Shown: piece by piece, positions 8,857-18,796 of the stretch
Position numbering within the stretch: the stretch's first letter is position 1
Layout: the number at the start of each line of letters is the position of its first letter
NCBI GenBank assembly: GCA_964464765.1
Contig: CAYXJU010000001.1
Span: forward strand, 1-54,304
DNA length: 54,304 nucleotides
Direction of reading: 5' to 3'
Source of the DNA: an uncultured Candidatus Bathyarchaeia archaeon
GTDB lineage: Archaea; Thermoproteota; Bathyarchaeia; 40CM-2-53-6; CAVXDP01
The notes under the pieces: generated by a model
Told to the model about the DNA's origin: nothing
What the model saw: only the letters and a program-made list of their open reading frames with translations
Database searches by the model: none
Made by a program: the position numbers and the translations under genes

Positions 8857-9984
8857 TTGGCAGACAAAACTCCAGTTTACGAGTACCATGAAAAGAATGG
8901 ACATGTAGTCGAATTTGCGGGATTCCTAATGCCCACATGGTACAAAGGAATTCTTCCTGAATGTGCCGCTGTAAGAAATTCTGTTGGAATGTTTGATGTA
9001 TCTCATATGGGGAGAATGTGGGTCTCCGGAAAGGAGGCTGAAAAGTTTCTGAACTATCTTACCCCAAACAATGTTCCAGGCCTAAAACAGTTTCAAGGCC
9101 ACTACTCGCTGTTGTGTAACGAGAGAGGCACTGTAGTAGACGACATCATCATAACAAGATACGACCAAGAACTGTTTCTAGTTGTATTCAACGCCAGCAA
9201 CAGAAAGAAAGACATAGCCTGGATAACTGATAAGGCGAAAAAATTCAACGTCAAACTTGAGAACGTATCGGACAAGGTGGCCATGTTCGCGGTTCAAGGT
9301 CCCAAAGCTAGAGCCACCGTTCAGAAGATCAGCAAGGAAGAAGTCTCAAAGATTGAGAGATTCGGTTGCGGATGGCTAACGATTGAAGGGTTGAAGTGTT
9401 CTGCATCTGGAACTGGCTATACTGGCGAGGATGGATTGGAAGTATACGTCTATGACGCGCCAATAGAGGATCCATGGAGAGCGATGAAAGTGTGGAATGC
9501 GATACTGGATGCAGGAAAAGAGTACAACATTGAACCCTGCGGTCTAGGTTCGCGCGATGTCCTCAGACTTGAAGCAGGCATGTGCCTCTACGGAAATGAC
9601 ATAGACGACACAACCACCCCTCTAGAAGCGAGGATAAGTTGGACCATCAAACTCGACAAAGGAGACTTCATTGGTAGAGAAGCATTGGCCAAGCAGAAGG
9701 CCGAAGGAGTAAAACGTGCACGTGTCGGCATGAAGGTTCTGGGCAGAGGTATACCAAGGGCAGGACATGAAATCGTAAGAAATGGAAAGACAATTGGAAA
9801 AGTAACGAGCGGAACACTCTCACCATTGTTGGGTTATGGCATAGCCGCAGGCTACGTTCCAAAAGAATATTCAAACGAAGGAGAAAAAGTAGACATCAAG
9901 ATCAGGGACAAGAACGTGGAAGCCCAAATTGTGAAAGTGCCTTTCTACGACACCTCAAAGTACGGATGGCAGCGAAAAGCATAG
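8857..9984 (+). CDS. gcvT: Glycine cleavage system T protein (aminomethyltransferase)
   Basis: FDVSHMG, GYTGEDGLEV and LGSRDVLRLEAGMCLYGND motifs. TTG start at 8857 preceded by GGTGA. Confidence 0.92.
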   Translation: MADKTPVYEYHEKNGHVVEFAGFLMPTWYKGILPECAAVRNSVGMFDVSHMGRMWVSGKEAEKFLNYLTPNNVPGLKQFQGHYSLLCNERGTVVDDIIITRYDQELFLVVFNASNRKKDIAWITDKAKKFNVKLENVSDKVAMFAVQGPKARATVQKISKEEVSKIERFGCGWLTIEGLKCSASGTGYTGEDGLEVYVYDAPIEDPWRAMKVWNAILDAGKEYNIEPCGLGSRDVLRLEAGMCLYGNDIDDTTTPLEARISWTIKLDKGDFIGREALAKQKAEGVKRARVGMKVLGRGIPRAGHEIVRNGKTIGKVTSGTLSPLLGYGIAAGYVPKEYSNEGEKVDIKIRDKNVEAQIVKVPFYDTSKYGWQRKA

Positions 9985-10081
9985 GAATCCAGTAATCGAT
10001 GCGAACCCATGACCAATGATGATATATACTCTCAGAATGAAGATACGCGCAACAACTTGAAAACTGAATGAAGGGATATAG

Positions 10082-10495
10082 ATGAAAGTCGGCGACTATG
10101 AATATCTGGACGGACTATACTATACCAAGGAACATGAGTGGATGAAGGTCGAGGGGGACAAATGTAGAATTGGAATGTGCGATTATGCACAGAAACAACT
10201 GCACGAGATAGTTTTCGTCGACCTTCCCAAAGTTGGCGCCAAGACTACTCAAATGCAGTCGATGGGAACTGTTGAGTCCGTGAAGGCTGTGGCAGATATC
10301 TTCGCACCTGCGTCAGGTGAGATCCTGGAAGTGAATACAAAACTATCCAACAACCCTGAACTGTTGAATTCAAGTCCTTATGGCGACGGTTGGGTAGCTA
10401 TAGTCAAACCTTCAAACCTCAACCAAGAATTGAAGACATTGATGGATTCAAAAGCCTACGCAGAATTTCTCAAGACGATATCAGAGAAGAAGTAA
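10082..10495 (+). CDS. gcvH: Glycine cleavage system H protein (lipoyl carrier)
   Basis: YTKEHEW...G..DYAQ and the lipoyl-lysine motif VESVKAV. 137 aa. Confidence 0.92.
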   Translation: MKVGDYEYLDGLYYTKEHEWMKVEGDKCRIGMCDYAQKQLHEIVFVDLPKVGAKTTQMQSMGTVESVKAVADIFAPASGEILEVNTKLSNNPELLNSSPYGDGWVAIVKPSNLNQELKTLMDSKAYAEFLKTISEKK

Positions 10496-10574
10496 GAACC
10501 GTTCTTCCATTAACCTACCGGCTATTCCATCGGCCGGCACCTCTTTCTTCCTCGAATAACTCGCCACACTCATT

Positions 10575-11690
10575 CTACTCCACTTTTACAACTGTGACCT
10601 CTCTGTAACCAGTCACAACTCTAATGTATCCTCTCAGAAGTTCATCCAGCGATAGATCGCCAGTATCCACCAGAAGTCGTCGATGTCCAAGACTCTGTAG
10701 CTTGTGATTTGTCGCTGCCACGATTATGTTGTTTGTTCCAACACTCTCGATAACGGATGGGCTTATCTGTTGATTCCCTCTTCCAAAAATGTAACCTTGA
10801 CCTCCTATCGGGGTCACAATGATCTTGCATCGTTTTCCCCTTGTTAGTTTCAAGATCTGACTTTCATTAACGTCTTTGATTAGGATCTTTCCCCTGAACA
10901 AAATGTCAACGCCCAGTAGCGTCTTGTCCACGCCGAGAAGTTCGCCTATGGCTCTTGTAGTGGATCCTGGACCGACGATGTAGATGGTATCGTCATCCAT
11001 TTCCTCAACTATATGCTTGGCAATATCGCCTTGTCGAGATTTCTCTGACTGAGTTTCCGGACTCGATGATTTCACCTGCTGCATCAAAGCTCCTTGGATC
11101 GGAACCTTCATGTATCCATAGAGTCTTGCAGAGAGTATTCCACTCCTGAAATCCTCTTCATCTATATCCATAACCTCAGCATCATGGGTGACAAGCCGCC
11201 CCGCAAGAAAATCAGCAGCTATTATTGCACACGCTACTGGATTAGCTCCAAAAACTGCTGAATAGACTTTCACGCCAGCCGGAATCCCTAGCGCCGGAAA
11301 TCTAGCGTCAATGATATCGGCTATGTCCCTAGCTGTCCCGTCTCCTCCACAGAAAACCAGTAGGTCAACTTTCTCTTCCTCTAGCTTTCCAGCTAAGATC
11401 CCTGTGTCTTCACGTTTCGTCATGGACTGCCTCTCGCCCAAGACACATTTTGGTTCAATACCACAGGATCTTGCCTCATCTTCACCCATCTGTCCGGCAC
11501 AGGTATAGAGTTCAACTGAAACAGGCATATTGAGAAGTTCAAGAAGAAATTGTCTCGCTCTACTAGGCGACTTGGGCTTTGCCCCAAGCTCTATAGCCAT
11601 TCTTAGCGTTTCAGCACCATCAGTGCCTTTTAGACCGACCGAACCTCCCATTCCTGCTATAGGATTTACGAGAAATCCGAGCCGTCCCAA
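10575..11690 (-). CDS. ATP-NAD kinase family protein (COG3199-like)
   Basis: N-terminus GFLVNPIAGMGGSVGLKGTDG and a CGGDGTARD motif. TTG start lies 1 nt after the ileS stop. Confidence 0.75.
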   Translation of the reverse strand: MGRLGFLVNPIAGMGGSVGLKGTDGAETLRMAIELGAKPKSPSRARQFLLELLNMPVSVELYTCAGQMGEDEARSCGIEPKCVLGERQSMTKREDTGILAGKLEEEKVDLLVFCGGDGTARDIADIIDARFPALGIPAGVKVYSAVFGANPVACAIIAADFLAGRLVTHDAEVMDIDEEDFRSGILSARLYGYMKVPIQGALMQQVKSSSPETQSEKSRQGDIAKHIVEEMDDDTIYIVGPGSTTRAIGELLGVDKTLLGVDILFRGKILIKDVNESQILKLTRGKRCKIIVTPIGGQGYIFGRGNQQISPSVIESVGTNNIIVAATNHKLQSLGHRRLLVDTGDLSLDELLRGYIRVVTGYREVTVVKVE

Positions 11691-11691
11691 C

Positions 11692-14600
11692 TCATCTTTT
11701 TCCTTTCGCTAGCCTCATACCCATCTTGTATGACTTGCCACTTATTGTCCAAGTCTCTTCAAGTTCAGCCTTCACCGCAGGTTTCTCTGTCATCGACTTT
11801 AGCTCTAATCGCGCCGCCCTGACCTCTTCTTCGATGTAGGCTTGTCTACTTCTCAATCCCTGAACTTCCTCTCTCGTCGGGCACATAATGTAGACTTCAA
11901 CAAATCGGTCAACTAGTAGATCCATGCGCCGTCGCATTTCTTGAAGTCGCCTAACGACATCTCTGACTAAACCTTCTTGCACTAGGCCCCTCGGTATTGC
12001 AGCCTCAACGTACACTCTGCCTTGACTGAAGGTTCCAGAAGCGTATCCTTCTGGCGTCTCCTCTCTGAATGAGACCATTGACTGGACTATTCTCACTTGT
12101 TTTCCTTCGATCTGGACGGGGTATGATTCAGTCCTTCTGAAACTGTCGAGAATCTCTCTTCCGTTGGTACTCTTTATGGCGTCTGCAACTTTCTGAGTGT
12201 CCGCTTTGAAGACTGGGCCAAGCGCCTCGTATCTAGGTATGGCTACTATCCTCTCGAGTTTCTTCTCTTCGTCGATGCTGAGGAATTCAATTGTTCTTGT
12301 ATTTGCCTGTTCATGGACAAGTTTGTCCAATTTCTTGATGGCTTCTTTCACTTTGGGTTCGTCTGTTACAACGATTGTTTTTTGGACTGGTTGTCTGAGT
12401 TTGATTTTGAGAGATTGTCTTGCGGCGGCGATCGCGCTCGTGACCTCTTTCACAATTTCCATGTTCTCCTCAAGATCTTTCTTGCGCCATTTGCTTTCCA
12501 ACTTGGGCCAATCATTCATGTGGATACTTTCTGGAGTTTTCTTTTCCACGGGACGTATCATCGTTTGGTATAGTTTCTCTGTAACAAATGGTACGAGAGG
12601 CGCTGAGAGAGTGAGCCAATTCCTAAGTGCATGGTACAACACTGCGTATGTAGCCATCTTGTCTCGACTGCTTTTTTCTTGCCAGAACCTTCTTCTGACA
12701 AGTCGCACGTACCAGTGGCTGAGATCATCCACCATGAAGTTGGTCAACTCCTTGGCGGCTACATGTATTTCATATGCTTCTAGCGCGTTGGTAACTGTGG
12801 CTTTGAGACTTTCAGTCTTGGAAATGAGCCACTTGTCTTCTTGTCTCATATTTCGGGCAAGCTTTTCCGGACTCCCTTTGCTCGGCTTGAAAGAATCCAA
12901 GTTCATGTAGAGGCTGGCGAATGCAAAAACGTTCCATGCAACTTTCAGAGTACTTGAAGCCTCTTCAACGGAATCCCAAGAGAATCTGAAGTCTTCCCAA
13001 ACGGTTCTCTGGAGTTCATAGAGTCTAAGTGCGTCACGTCCAAATCGATTAATCACATCACCTGGAGAAACGAAGTTTCCAAGAGACTTGCTCATTTTCT
13101 GACCTTCGGCGTCAAGTGTATGCCCATGCATCAGAACCGACCGGTAAGGACTTTTGTCGAACGTTATCATGCCTGAGCCCAGTTGCGTATAGAACCAGCC
13201 TCGAGTTTGATCGTGGGCTTCAGTGATGAAATCTGCAGGCCACCATGTTTGAAACGCTCGTTTTTCTTTCGGATATTCTAGACAAGCCCACGAAGCTATT
13301 CCAGAATCCAGCCAGACATCTACTATGTCGGGAACACGTTTTGCGGATCCTCCACAATCACATCTGAGTTCTATTTGGTCGACGCATTGTCTGTGGAGGT
13401 CTAGAGATTCTGGAAATTCTACTGCCTTAGCCTTCAATTCGGAGCTTGATCCAATAACGGTCCTTGCTTCACAGTTTTCACAAATCCAAATTGGTAATGG
13501 AGCGCCCCAATATCTCTGTCTAGAGATGACCCAGTCTCTTGCACCCGTCAACCAGTCCGCAAACCGTTTCTTTCCAGCCCATTCAGGCACCCAATGAATT
13601 CTCTTGTTCTCTTCGAGAAGCTTCTCCTTGAGTTTGGTTATCATTACAAACCATTGTTCCGTGGCACGTTGGATCAGAGGAGTTTTGCATCGCCAGCAAT
13701 GTGGATACGAGTGTGTTACGATAGTATCAAACAGGAGAAGGCCTTTTTTCTTGAGATCTTCGACTATTATTTCATTTGCGTTGAAAACGTATTGACCCCT
13801 GTACTTTCCAGCCTCTTCTGTGAACGTCCCCGTATTGTCAACTGGACATAGGACAGGAAGGCCCTGTTCGAGTCCAACCTCAAAATCTTCCTCACCATGT
13901 CCTGGCGCAGAGTGAACGCACCCCGTTCCCTCCATCATGGTAACATGCTGTCTGGATGGAACCACACGATGCGCATTCTCAAGCTTCGATTGAGCAGGAA
14001 CCTCTTCAAGTAAGGGAGGTTTGAACCTTAATCCGACAAGTGTTTCTCCCCTGAAGCTTTCAAGGATCTGGTATTCCCGTCCTATCTCTTCTGAAAGAGC
14101 TTTGCATCTGGCTTCGGCTAGAATGTAGACCTCGTCACCGAATTTCGCTCTCACGTATGACTCGTCGGGATGAACCATAACGGCAACATTTGCCGGTATC
14201 GTCCACGGTGTGGTCGTCCAGATAAGAATGAATTCTCTTTCTTTCCCTTCTATCGGAAACTTCACGTAGATTGAACGATCTTTGACTGTTCTATACTCAT
14301 CAGTTGCTTCGTAGCCAGCCAGAGCGGTCTCGCATCTAGGGCACCAGTGAACCACTTTCAAGCCTTTTTGCAGTAACCCTCGCTCATCCGATCTTTTGAT
14401 CGTCCACCACACAGACTCAATGTAGTCATTAGTGTATGTGACATATGGGTGATCCCAGTCCATCCACACGCCAAGGTTCTTGAAGACAGAGGTTTGATTC
14501 TTCATGTTCTCCTCAGCGTACCGTTTACATCTTTCGATGAAGACTTCGACGGTGATCTTATCTTCGATCTCTTTCTTCGACTTTATCTGAAGATCTTCCT

Positions 14601-14937
14601 CCACCTTCACCTCGATCGGAAGTCCGTGACAATCGTATCCGGGCTGATCGCGAACGTCTAAACCTGTCATTCTCTTGTATCTGATGACAGCATCCTTCAG
14701 CAGCTTGTTCCAAGCCGTTCCTACATGTGGAGGATTCGTAACGTATGGAGGTCCATCCAAGAAATAGAACTTCTTTCTTCCCTTCCCTTGATTTCGAATC
14801 CTTCTATAGATGGATTTCTTCTCCCACCACCTATGCACTTCCTCCTCGACGGATCGAGTCGCATATTTTCGCGGAGTCTTTCCAACAGCATGTTTTACCA
14901 ATTGAATCATCTCAAAATTGAGAAACTCACCATTCAC
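11692..14937 (-). CDS. ileS: Isoleucine--tRNA ligase
   Basis: Class I motifs PPYVTNPPHVGTA (HIGH-type) and KMSKSLGN, plus CP1 editing and Zn-binding cysteines. 1081 aa from GTG 14937; the first ATG at 14910 is an alternative start. Confidence 0.95.
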   Translation of the reverse strand: MNGEFLNFEMIQLVKHAVGKTPRKYATRSVEEEVHRWWEKKSIYRRIRNQGKGRKKFYFLDGPPYVTNPPHVGTAWNKLLKDAVIRYKRMTGLDVRDQPGYDCHGLPIEVKVEEDLQIKSKKEIEDKITVEVFIERCKRYAEENMKNQTSVFKNLGVWMDWDHPYVTYTNDYIESVWWTIKRSDERGLLQKGLKVVHWCPRCETALAGYEATDEYRTVKDRSIYVKFPIEGKEREFILIWTTTPWTIPANVAVMVHPDESYVRAKFGDEVYILAEARCKALSEEIGREYQILESFRGETLVGLRFKPPLLEEVPAQSKLENAHRVVPSRQHVTMMEGTGCVHSAPGHGEEDFEVGLEQGLPVLCPVDNTGTFTEEAGKYRGQYVFNANEIIVEDLKKKGLLLFDTIVTHSYPHCWRCKTPLIQRATEQWFVMITKLKEKLLEENKRIHWVPEWAGKKRFADWLTGARDWVISRQRYWGAPLPIWICENCEARTVIGSSSELKAKAVEFPESLDLHRQCVDQIELRCDCGGSAKRVPDIVDVWLDSGIASWACLEYPKEKRAFQTWWPADFITEAHDQTRGWFYTQLGSGMITFDKSPYRSVLMHGHTLDAEGQKMSKSLGNFVSPGDVINRFGRDALRLYELQRTVWEDFRFSWDSVEEASSTLKVAWNVFAFASLYMNLDSFKPSKGSPEKLARNMRQEDKWLISKTESLKATVTNALEAYEIHVAAKELTNFMVDDLSHWYVRLVRRRFWQEKSSRDKMATYAVLYHALRNWLTLSAPLVPFVTEKLYQTMIRPVEKKTPESIHMNDWPKLESKWRKKDLEENMEIVKEVTSAIAAARQSLKIKLRQPVQKTIVVTDEPKVKEAIKKLDKLVHEQANTRTIEFLSIDEEKKLERIVAIPRYEALGPVFKADTQKVADAIKSTNGREILDSFRRTESYPVQIEGKQVRIVQSMVSFREETPEGYASGTFSQGRVYVEAAIPRGLVQEGLVRDVVRRLQEMRRRMDLLVDRFVEVYIMCPTREEVQGLRSRQAYIEEEVRAARLELKSMTEKPAVKAELEETWTISGKSYKMGMRLAKGKR

Positions 14938-15094
14938 TCATCCAACTTCTAGACAGGAACTTTCGCTTTCACAGAGTTTCAGAGAGTACTCTTTGACAAT
15001 AATTAAATTCTTGCTGCCAGATCAAGTAATCTCCACTTCGAATACAAGTCGACGTTAATATCTTGCCAAAGTTTAATAGAACGTTCCTTGGGAT

Positions 15095-17875
15095 ATGAGC
15101 CGGAACTTGGTGGAAAGACAGATGGCACCCTCGAAGATCTCCGATACCATAAAGGGTTTCTTCTCCACCCAGGGTGAGGAGGCTCTGACCCCCCGGTTTC
15201 GAGGGCTTAAGTCGATCTTGTCAGAGGTGCCTAAATCCAGCGTTATCCAGTTCACTGCATTATCGATCATAGTTATCTTGGCAGCCACGATGAGGTTGAT
15301 GCCTCTTCGTTGGGGAATTTACCTTTCTGAATTCGATCCTTACCACCAATATAGAATGACGGAATTCATGGTGAAGAATGGCTTTGCATCGTGGTTCAGC
15401 TGGCATGACAACATGACGTGGTATCCCTGGGGACGGGATATGGCAACCACAACCTATCCTGGCCTTCCGATTACAGGCGCACTTCTCTACTTGTTTACGC
15501 AAAGCTTCGGTGCAGACATGACCTTGTACCAGTTCTGCGTCTTCTTTCCAATCCTCTTTGGATCAGCAACCGTTGTTGCACTTTATTTTCTTGGAAAAGA
15601 AGTGTGGGGTAAGAGTGCGGCGCTTTTCTCAGCCCTCTTTTTGGCTTTCAGCTCATCACACATATCGCGAACCTCGCTGGGATGGTATGATGACGAAACC
15701 ATTGGTATATTCTCGATGATACTGTTCTTTGCATTCTTTCTCAAGGCAATTTCACCAAACAGATCGCTTAGGTCCTGCATAATCTATTCCACACTATCCG
15801 GACTAACACTTTCTTATCTGGCTTCGGGATGGGGCGGCTTCAGATACCCAATGTCACTGATGGCGCTGTTCGCATTCGTCCTCATAATTGCACGAAGATA
15901 CTCACGTAGGCTCTTCATAACGTACTCGATAACGTATGGACTGTCTCTCTTCGTGGCGACTCAACTCCCAAGGCTTGGATACGACTTCTTGTCCGAATGG
16001 TCAAGCATGGCGATACTGGGAGTCTTCCTTCTGTTATGCGCGGCTGAAATGTACGGTTCAGTAAAGGGGTATCGTGATAGGCTTCTGGTAACTGGCGGCA
16101 TTCTAGGTTTGCTGGCTGTCGGAGCTGTTGTACTATGGCAGTTGGGACTTATGGCACCCTTAGGTGGTAAGTTCGCAGCCATATTGGACCCGGCTGCAAG
16201 GCTACAGCTACCCATAGTAGAATCTGTGGCGGAGCATCGCCCAGCAACTTGGGCTTCATTCTTTTACGAGTTTGGAATAATGATATTTCTAGGAGTCTTC
16301 GGTCTCTTCTTTGCTGTACAACGACGAAGAAACACCGACATATTCATGATTGTCTTCGGAGTGACAGCCGTCTATTTTGCTGGTTCCCTTGTTAGATTGA
16401 CGAGTATACTTGCACCTGCCTTCTGCATACTCTCAGCAATAACACTTGTTGAACTCGGTAAGCCCTCAGTCGACATTCTACGAGAGACAACCATCTTTCC
16501 AAAAAGGAGAGTTCGATTCACCACGCGCGTTGGAAAAGAGTTCGGCGTAGCCATAGTCCTGATTCTCCTTTTAGTCACCATGCCAACATTCTACTACGCA
16601 ACTGCGTCCGCATACACTCCTACAACAATAGTGACGTCAAGTATTCCGATAACTCCTCAGGAAGGACAAGAAGGACAATATAATGATTGGTTGGAGGCGC
16701 TGTCATGGATGCGAGAGAACCTGCCTGAGAACGCGGTCGTCTTTTCTTGGTGGGACTATGGATACTGGATTACTACAATCGCCGAGAGACGTTCTATGGC
16801 AGATAACGGAACAATAAATGGTACTCAGGTAGCCGTGATAGGATCTACCTTCCTGTCAAATGAGACAAACGCTCTTCCGATTTTGAAGAAGTACGGCGTG
16901 ACTCACATCGCCATCTTCGTCACTTGGACTACTAACCAACAGGGACAGATACAGTGGGTAGGCTTTGGAGAGGATAACAAATGGTACTGGATGGCAAAGA
17001 TAGGCAATGGAACAACACTTCAGGGAGAGAAGATCAACTTCCGCGAACTCCGAAGCGGTCAAGATACAGTCTACAACAGGATCATAACAGTCGGAGATAG
17101 AGTTGTATCGAACGAGACGATAGCTGACGGCAATGGAATCAAAGACAATACCATGTTGGGCAAACTGATTACCATGGCGATAAATCCGAGTGCTCAAGAG
17201 ACTTCAGCTTATTACAGTAGGGTCTTCACTTCTTCGAACAAATTCGTTTTGTTGTACGAGGTAAGCTATCTGAAAACTGCGACGCTTTCACTACAACTGG
17301 ACCGTTCAAACATAAACTATGGAGAGAACGTAACCGCTCGTGGAGAACTATTGGAGGAAGGAGGTGGAGGCTTGGGAGACAAGATTGTTTTCCTAGAGCA
17401 CTCCACTGACCAAGGACAAACATGGTCGAGAACCGTTGGACTTATGACCTCGGCAAATGGAACATATCGATACAGTTGGAGACCGGATGGAGGATCCTAT
17501 CTTATCCGTGCGGTGTGGGATGGTGAGGAAAGCCAGTACGGAAGGGTCGCTACCCAAAACCAAGAGTTAATTGTCGTAAGGAAAGAAAGCTCGATAACAA
17601 CCAAGTTGTCGTCAACGAATGTGAAGGTTGGACAGTCTATCAAGATAACCTCGACTCTATCGGTTAAATCAAACTTTGGGACCATCACGACAGAGTATAG
17701 CCTTGACAAAGAGAGTTGGAACACCATCGCATCTGGATCACCTGTTTCGGGTGTATTTTCGACAGAATGGACGCCGCAGGAGGCTGGAACATACTATATC
17801 CGAGTTTACTGGTCAGGTGATGCAGAGTACAATGAAGCATCAAGCGATGTACTGACTCTAATGGTTACAACCTGA
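15095..17875 (+). CDS. aglB: Oligosaccharyltransferase AglB (STT3 homologue) with two C-terminal Ig-like repeats
   Basis: Multi-TM N-terminal half, WWDYGYWI (WWDYG motif), then a soluble C-terminal region ending in two similar ~95 aa beta-sandwich-like repeats. Confidence 0.93.
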   Translation: MSRNLVERQMAPSKISDTIKGFFSTQGEEALTPRFRGLKSILSEVPKSSVIQFTALSIIVILAATMRLMPLRWGIYLSEFDPYHQYRMTEFMVKNGFASWFSWHDNMTWYPWGRDMATTTYPGLPITGALLYLFTQSFGADMTLYQFCVFFPILFGSATVVALYFLGKEVWGKSAALFSALFLAFSSSHISRTSLGWYDDETIGIFSMILFFAFFLKAISPNRSLRSCIIYSTLSGLTLSYLASGWGGFRYPMSLMALFAFVLIIARRYSRRLFITYSITYGLSLFVATQLPRLGYDFLSEWSSMAILGVFLLLCAAEMYGSVKGYRDRLLVTGGILGLLAVGAVVLWQLGLMAPLGGKFAAILDPAARLQLPIVESVAEHRPATWASFFYEFGIMIFLGVFGLFFAVQRRRNTDIFMIVFGVTAVYFAGSLVRLTSILAPAFCILSAITLVELGKPSVDILRETTIFPKRRVRFTTRVGKEFGVAIVLILLLVTMPTFYYATASAYTPTTIVTSSIPITPQEGQEGQYNDWLEALSWMRENLPENAVVFSWWDYGYWITTIAERRSMADNGTINGTQVAVIGSTFLSNETNALPILKKYGVTHIAIFVTWTTNQQGQIQWVGFGEDNKWYWMAKIGNGTTLQGEKINFRELRSGQDTVYNRIITVGDRVVSNETIADGNGIKDNTMLGKLITMAINPSAQETSAYYSRVFTSSNKFVLLYEVSYLKTATLSLQLDRSNINYGENVTARGELLEEGGGGLGDKIVFLEHSTDQGQTWSRTVGLMTSANGTYRYSWRPDGGSYLIRAVWDGEESQYGRVATQNQELIVVRKESSITTKLSSTNVKVGQSIKITSTLSVKSNFGTITTEYSLDKESWNTIASGSPVSGVFSTEWTPQEAGTYYIRVYWSGDAEYNEASSDVLTLMVTT

Positions 17876-17877
17876 GT

Positions 17878-18639
17878 TCAGGATATGTAGGAGAACCGTT
17901 CATCCAACTTTCTTTCACCGATCTCTTTATCCAGCTTCTCGGCTGCCTGTTTTATCTTCTCCTCAAATTTTGACATGTTCTTAATTTCTTGTTCGAGTTG
18001 ACCGTAATTCAATTCTAGGTCTAGCATCCGACCCAAAATCGTTAGAACGCTCCTCGCAGCTTTTGGATCAGGAATGTAGCCCACAGTTTCCCCAAGCAGA
18101 CAAGCTGCATCTAAGCCTCTTGCTTCCGCCAATGGAAGTATGAGTCCAGCCACCCCAACAACTGGAATACCCATCTTGTTGATTACAACCCCGAGCTTGC
18201 TCAACTGAGCGGACAAACTATCACTTGTCGCCGCACCAAAGACCTTTGGCCGACCTGTCTCGCTTGAGCTGTATCCACCTACAGTCACAACAAGCTTGGC
18301 AGAATATCTCGCAGCATACTCTACTATTGTCTCAGCGACTTCGTATTGTCCAACCGCACTTTGAGGTTGGCAGTCGCCCGTGATCATCACGATCTCCTGT
18401 TTTCCATCTTCACTCTTGTAATAGTAGAACTCGTTTCTCGGAAGCCTCGCCACACCTCTTTTGTTGACGAGTGCATAATATGGAAAGTGTGGTGAATGAA
18501 GTACAGCGATCCTTTTTGCCTTTGACTGCTTTATCAGATATGATGCAACAATCATTCCGATTGAGCCGAGGCCTGGCAAACCCTCTATGACCACAGGTTT
18601 ATTCGGTCGAACCTTCCCTTCGTCCACGCACGTATTCAT
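17878..18639 (-). CDS. PAC2-family proteasome assembly chaperone (PbaA/PbaB-like, COG1938), copy 1
   Basis: VVIEGLPGLGSIGMIVASYL signature. Sits at the conserved position after nop10. The track ORF (to 18729) was trimmed to ATG 18639 because the extension overlaps nop10. Confidence 0.75.
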   Translation of the reverse strand: MNTCVDEGKVRPNKPVVIEGLPGLGSIGMIVASYLIKQSKAKRIAVLHSPHFPYYALVNKRGVARLPRNEFYYYKSEDGKQEIVMITGDCQPQSAVGQYEVAETIVEYAARYSAKLVVTVGGYSSSETGRPKVFGAATSDSLSAQLSKLGVVINKMGIPVVGVAGLILPLAEARGLDAACLLGETVGYIPDPKAARSVLTILGRMLDLELNYGQLEQEIKNMSKFEEKIKQAAEKLDKEIGERKLDERFSYIS

Positions 18640-18796
18640 CTGTATGCTTTTCCTCGTACACCTTATATTTCGCATATTTGTCAGAGGGAGAAAATTTTGC
18701 GGGATGAGGAGACCTTGTCTCCGAACCACATTGAGGACATTTCCCTCTTAGGGTGTAGAGTCGACATTTGTCACATCGTCTAATTAACCATCTCAA
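18599..18796 (-). CDS. nop10: H/ACA RNP protein Nop10
   Basis: Zn ribbon RRCDKCRLYTLRGKCPQCG followed by HPAKFSPSDKYAKY. TTG start overlaps the aIF2alpha stop (TTGA). Confidence 0.88.
   Translation of the reverse strand: MRWLIRRCDKCRLYTLRGKCPQCGSETRSPHPAKFSPSDKYAKYKVYEEKHTDEYVRGRREGSTE

Noticed and set aside
10016-10067. C/D-box-like string in the gcvT-gcvH spacer: ATGATGA, 14 nt, ATGAAGA, 20 nt, CTGA.
   Set aside because: The spacing does not fit archaeal C/D sRNAs. Those have about 12-nt guides, with C to C' at least 19 nt and C' to D about 12 nt. There is no D' box and no terminal stem.
12197-12910. A 237-aa plus-strand ORF, plus many other 60-180 aa track ORFs lying antisense or out of frame inside recognised genes. 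Examples are 350-784, 2099-2647, 23446-23844, 37846-38235, 38613-38996, 46319-46837 and 52407-52778.
   Set aside because: These are shadow ORFs inside strongly motif-supported genes (ileS, ABC ATPase, methyltransferase, PCNA, DHS, Clp1, AOR, permease). Their sequences are low-complexity, Ser/Leu/Arg-rich and not protein-like.
18640-18729. The longer N-terminal extension of PAC2 copy 1 given in the ORF track.
   Set aside because: The extension would overlap nop10 by 131 nt and adds non-conserved residues. ATG 18639 immediately precedes the conserved PAC2 core.
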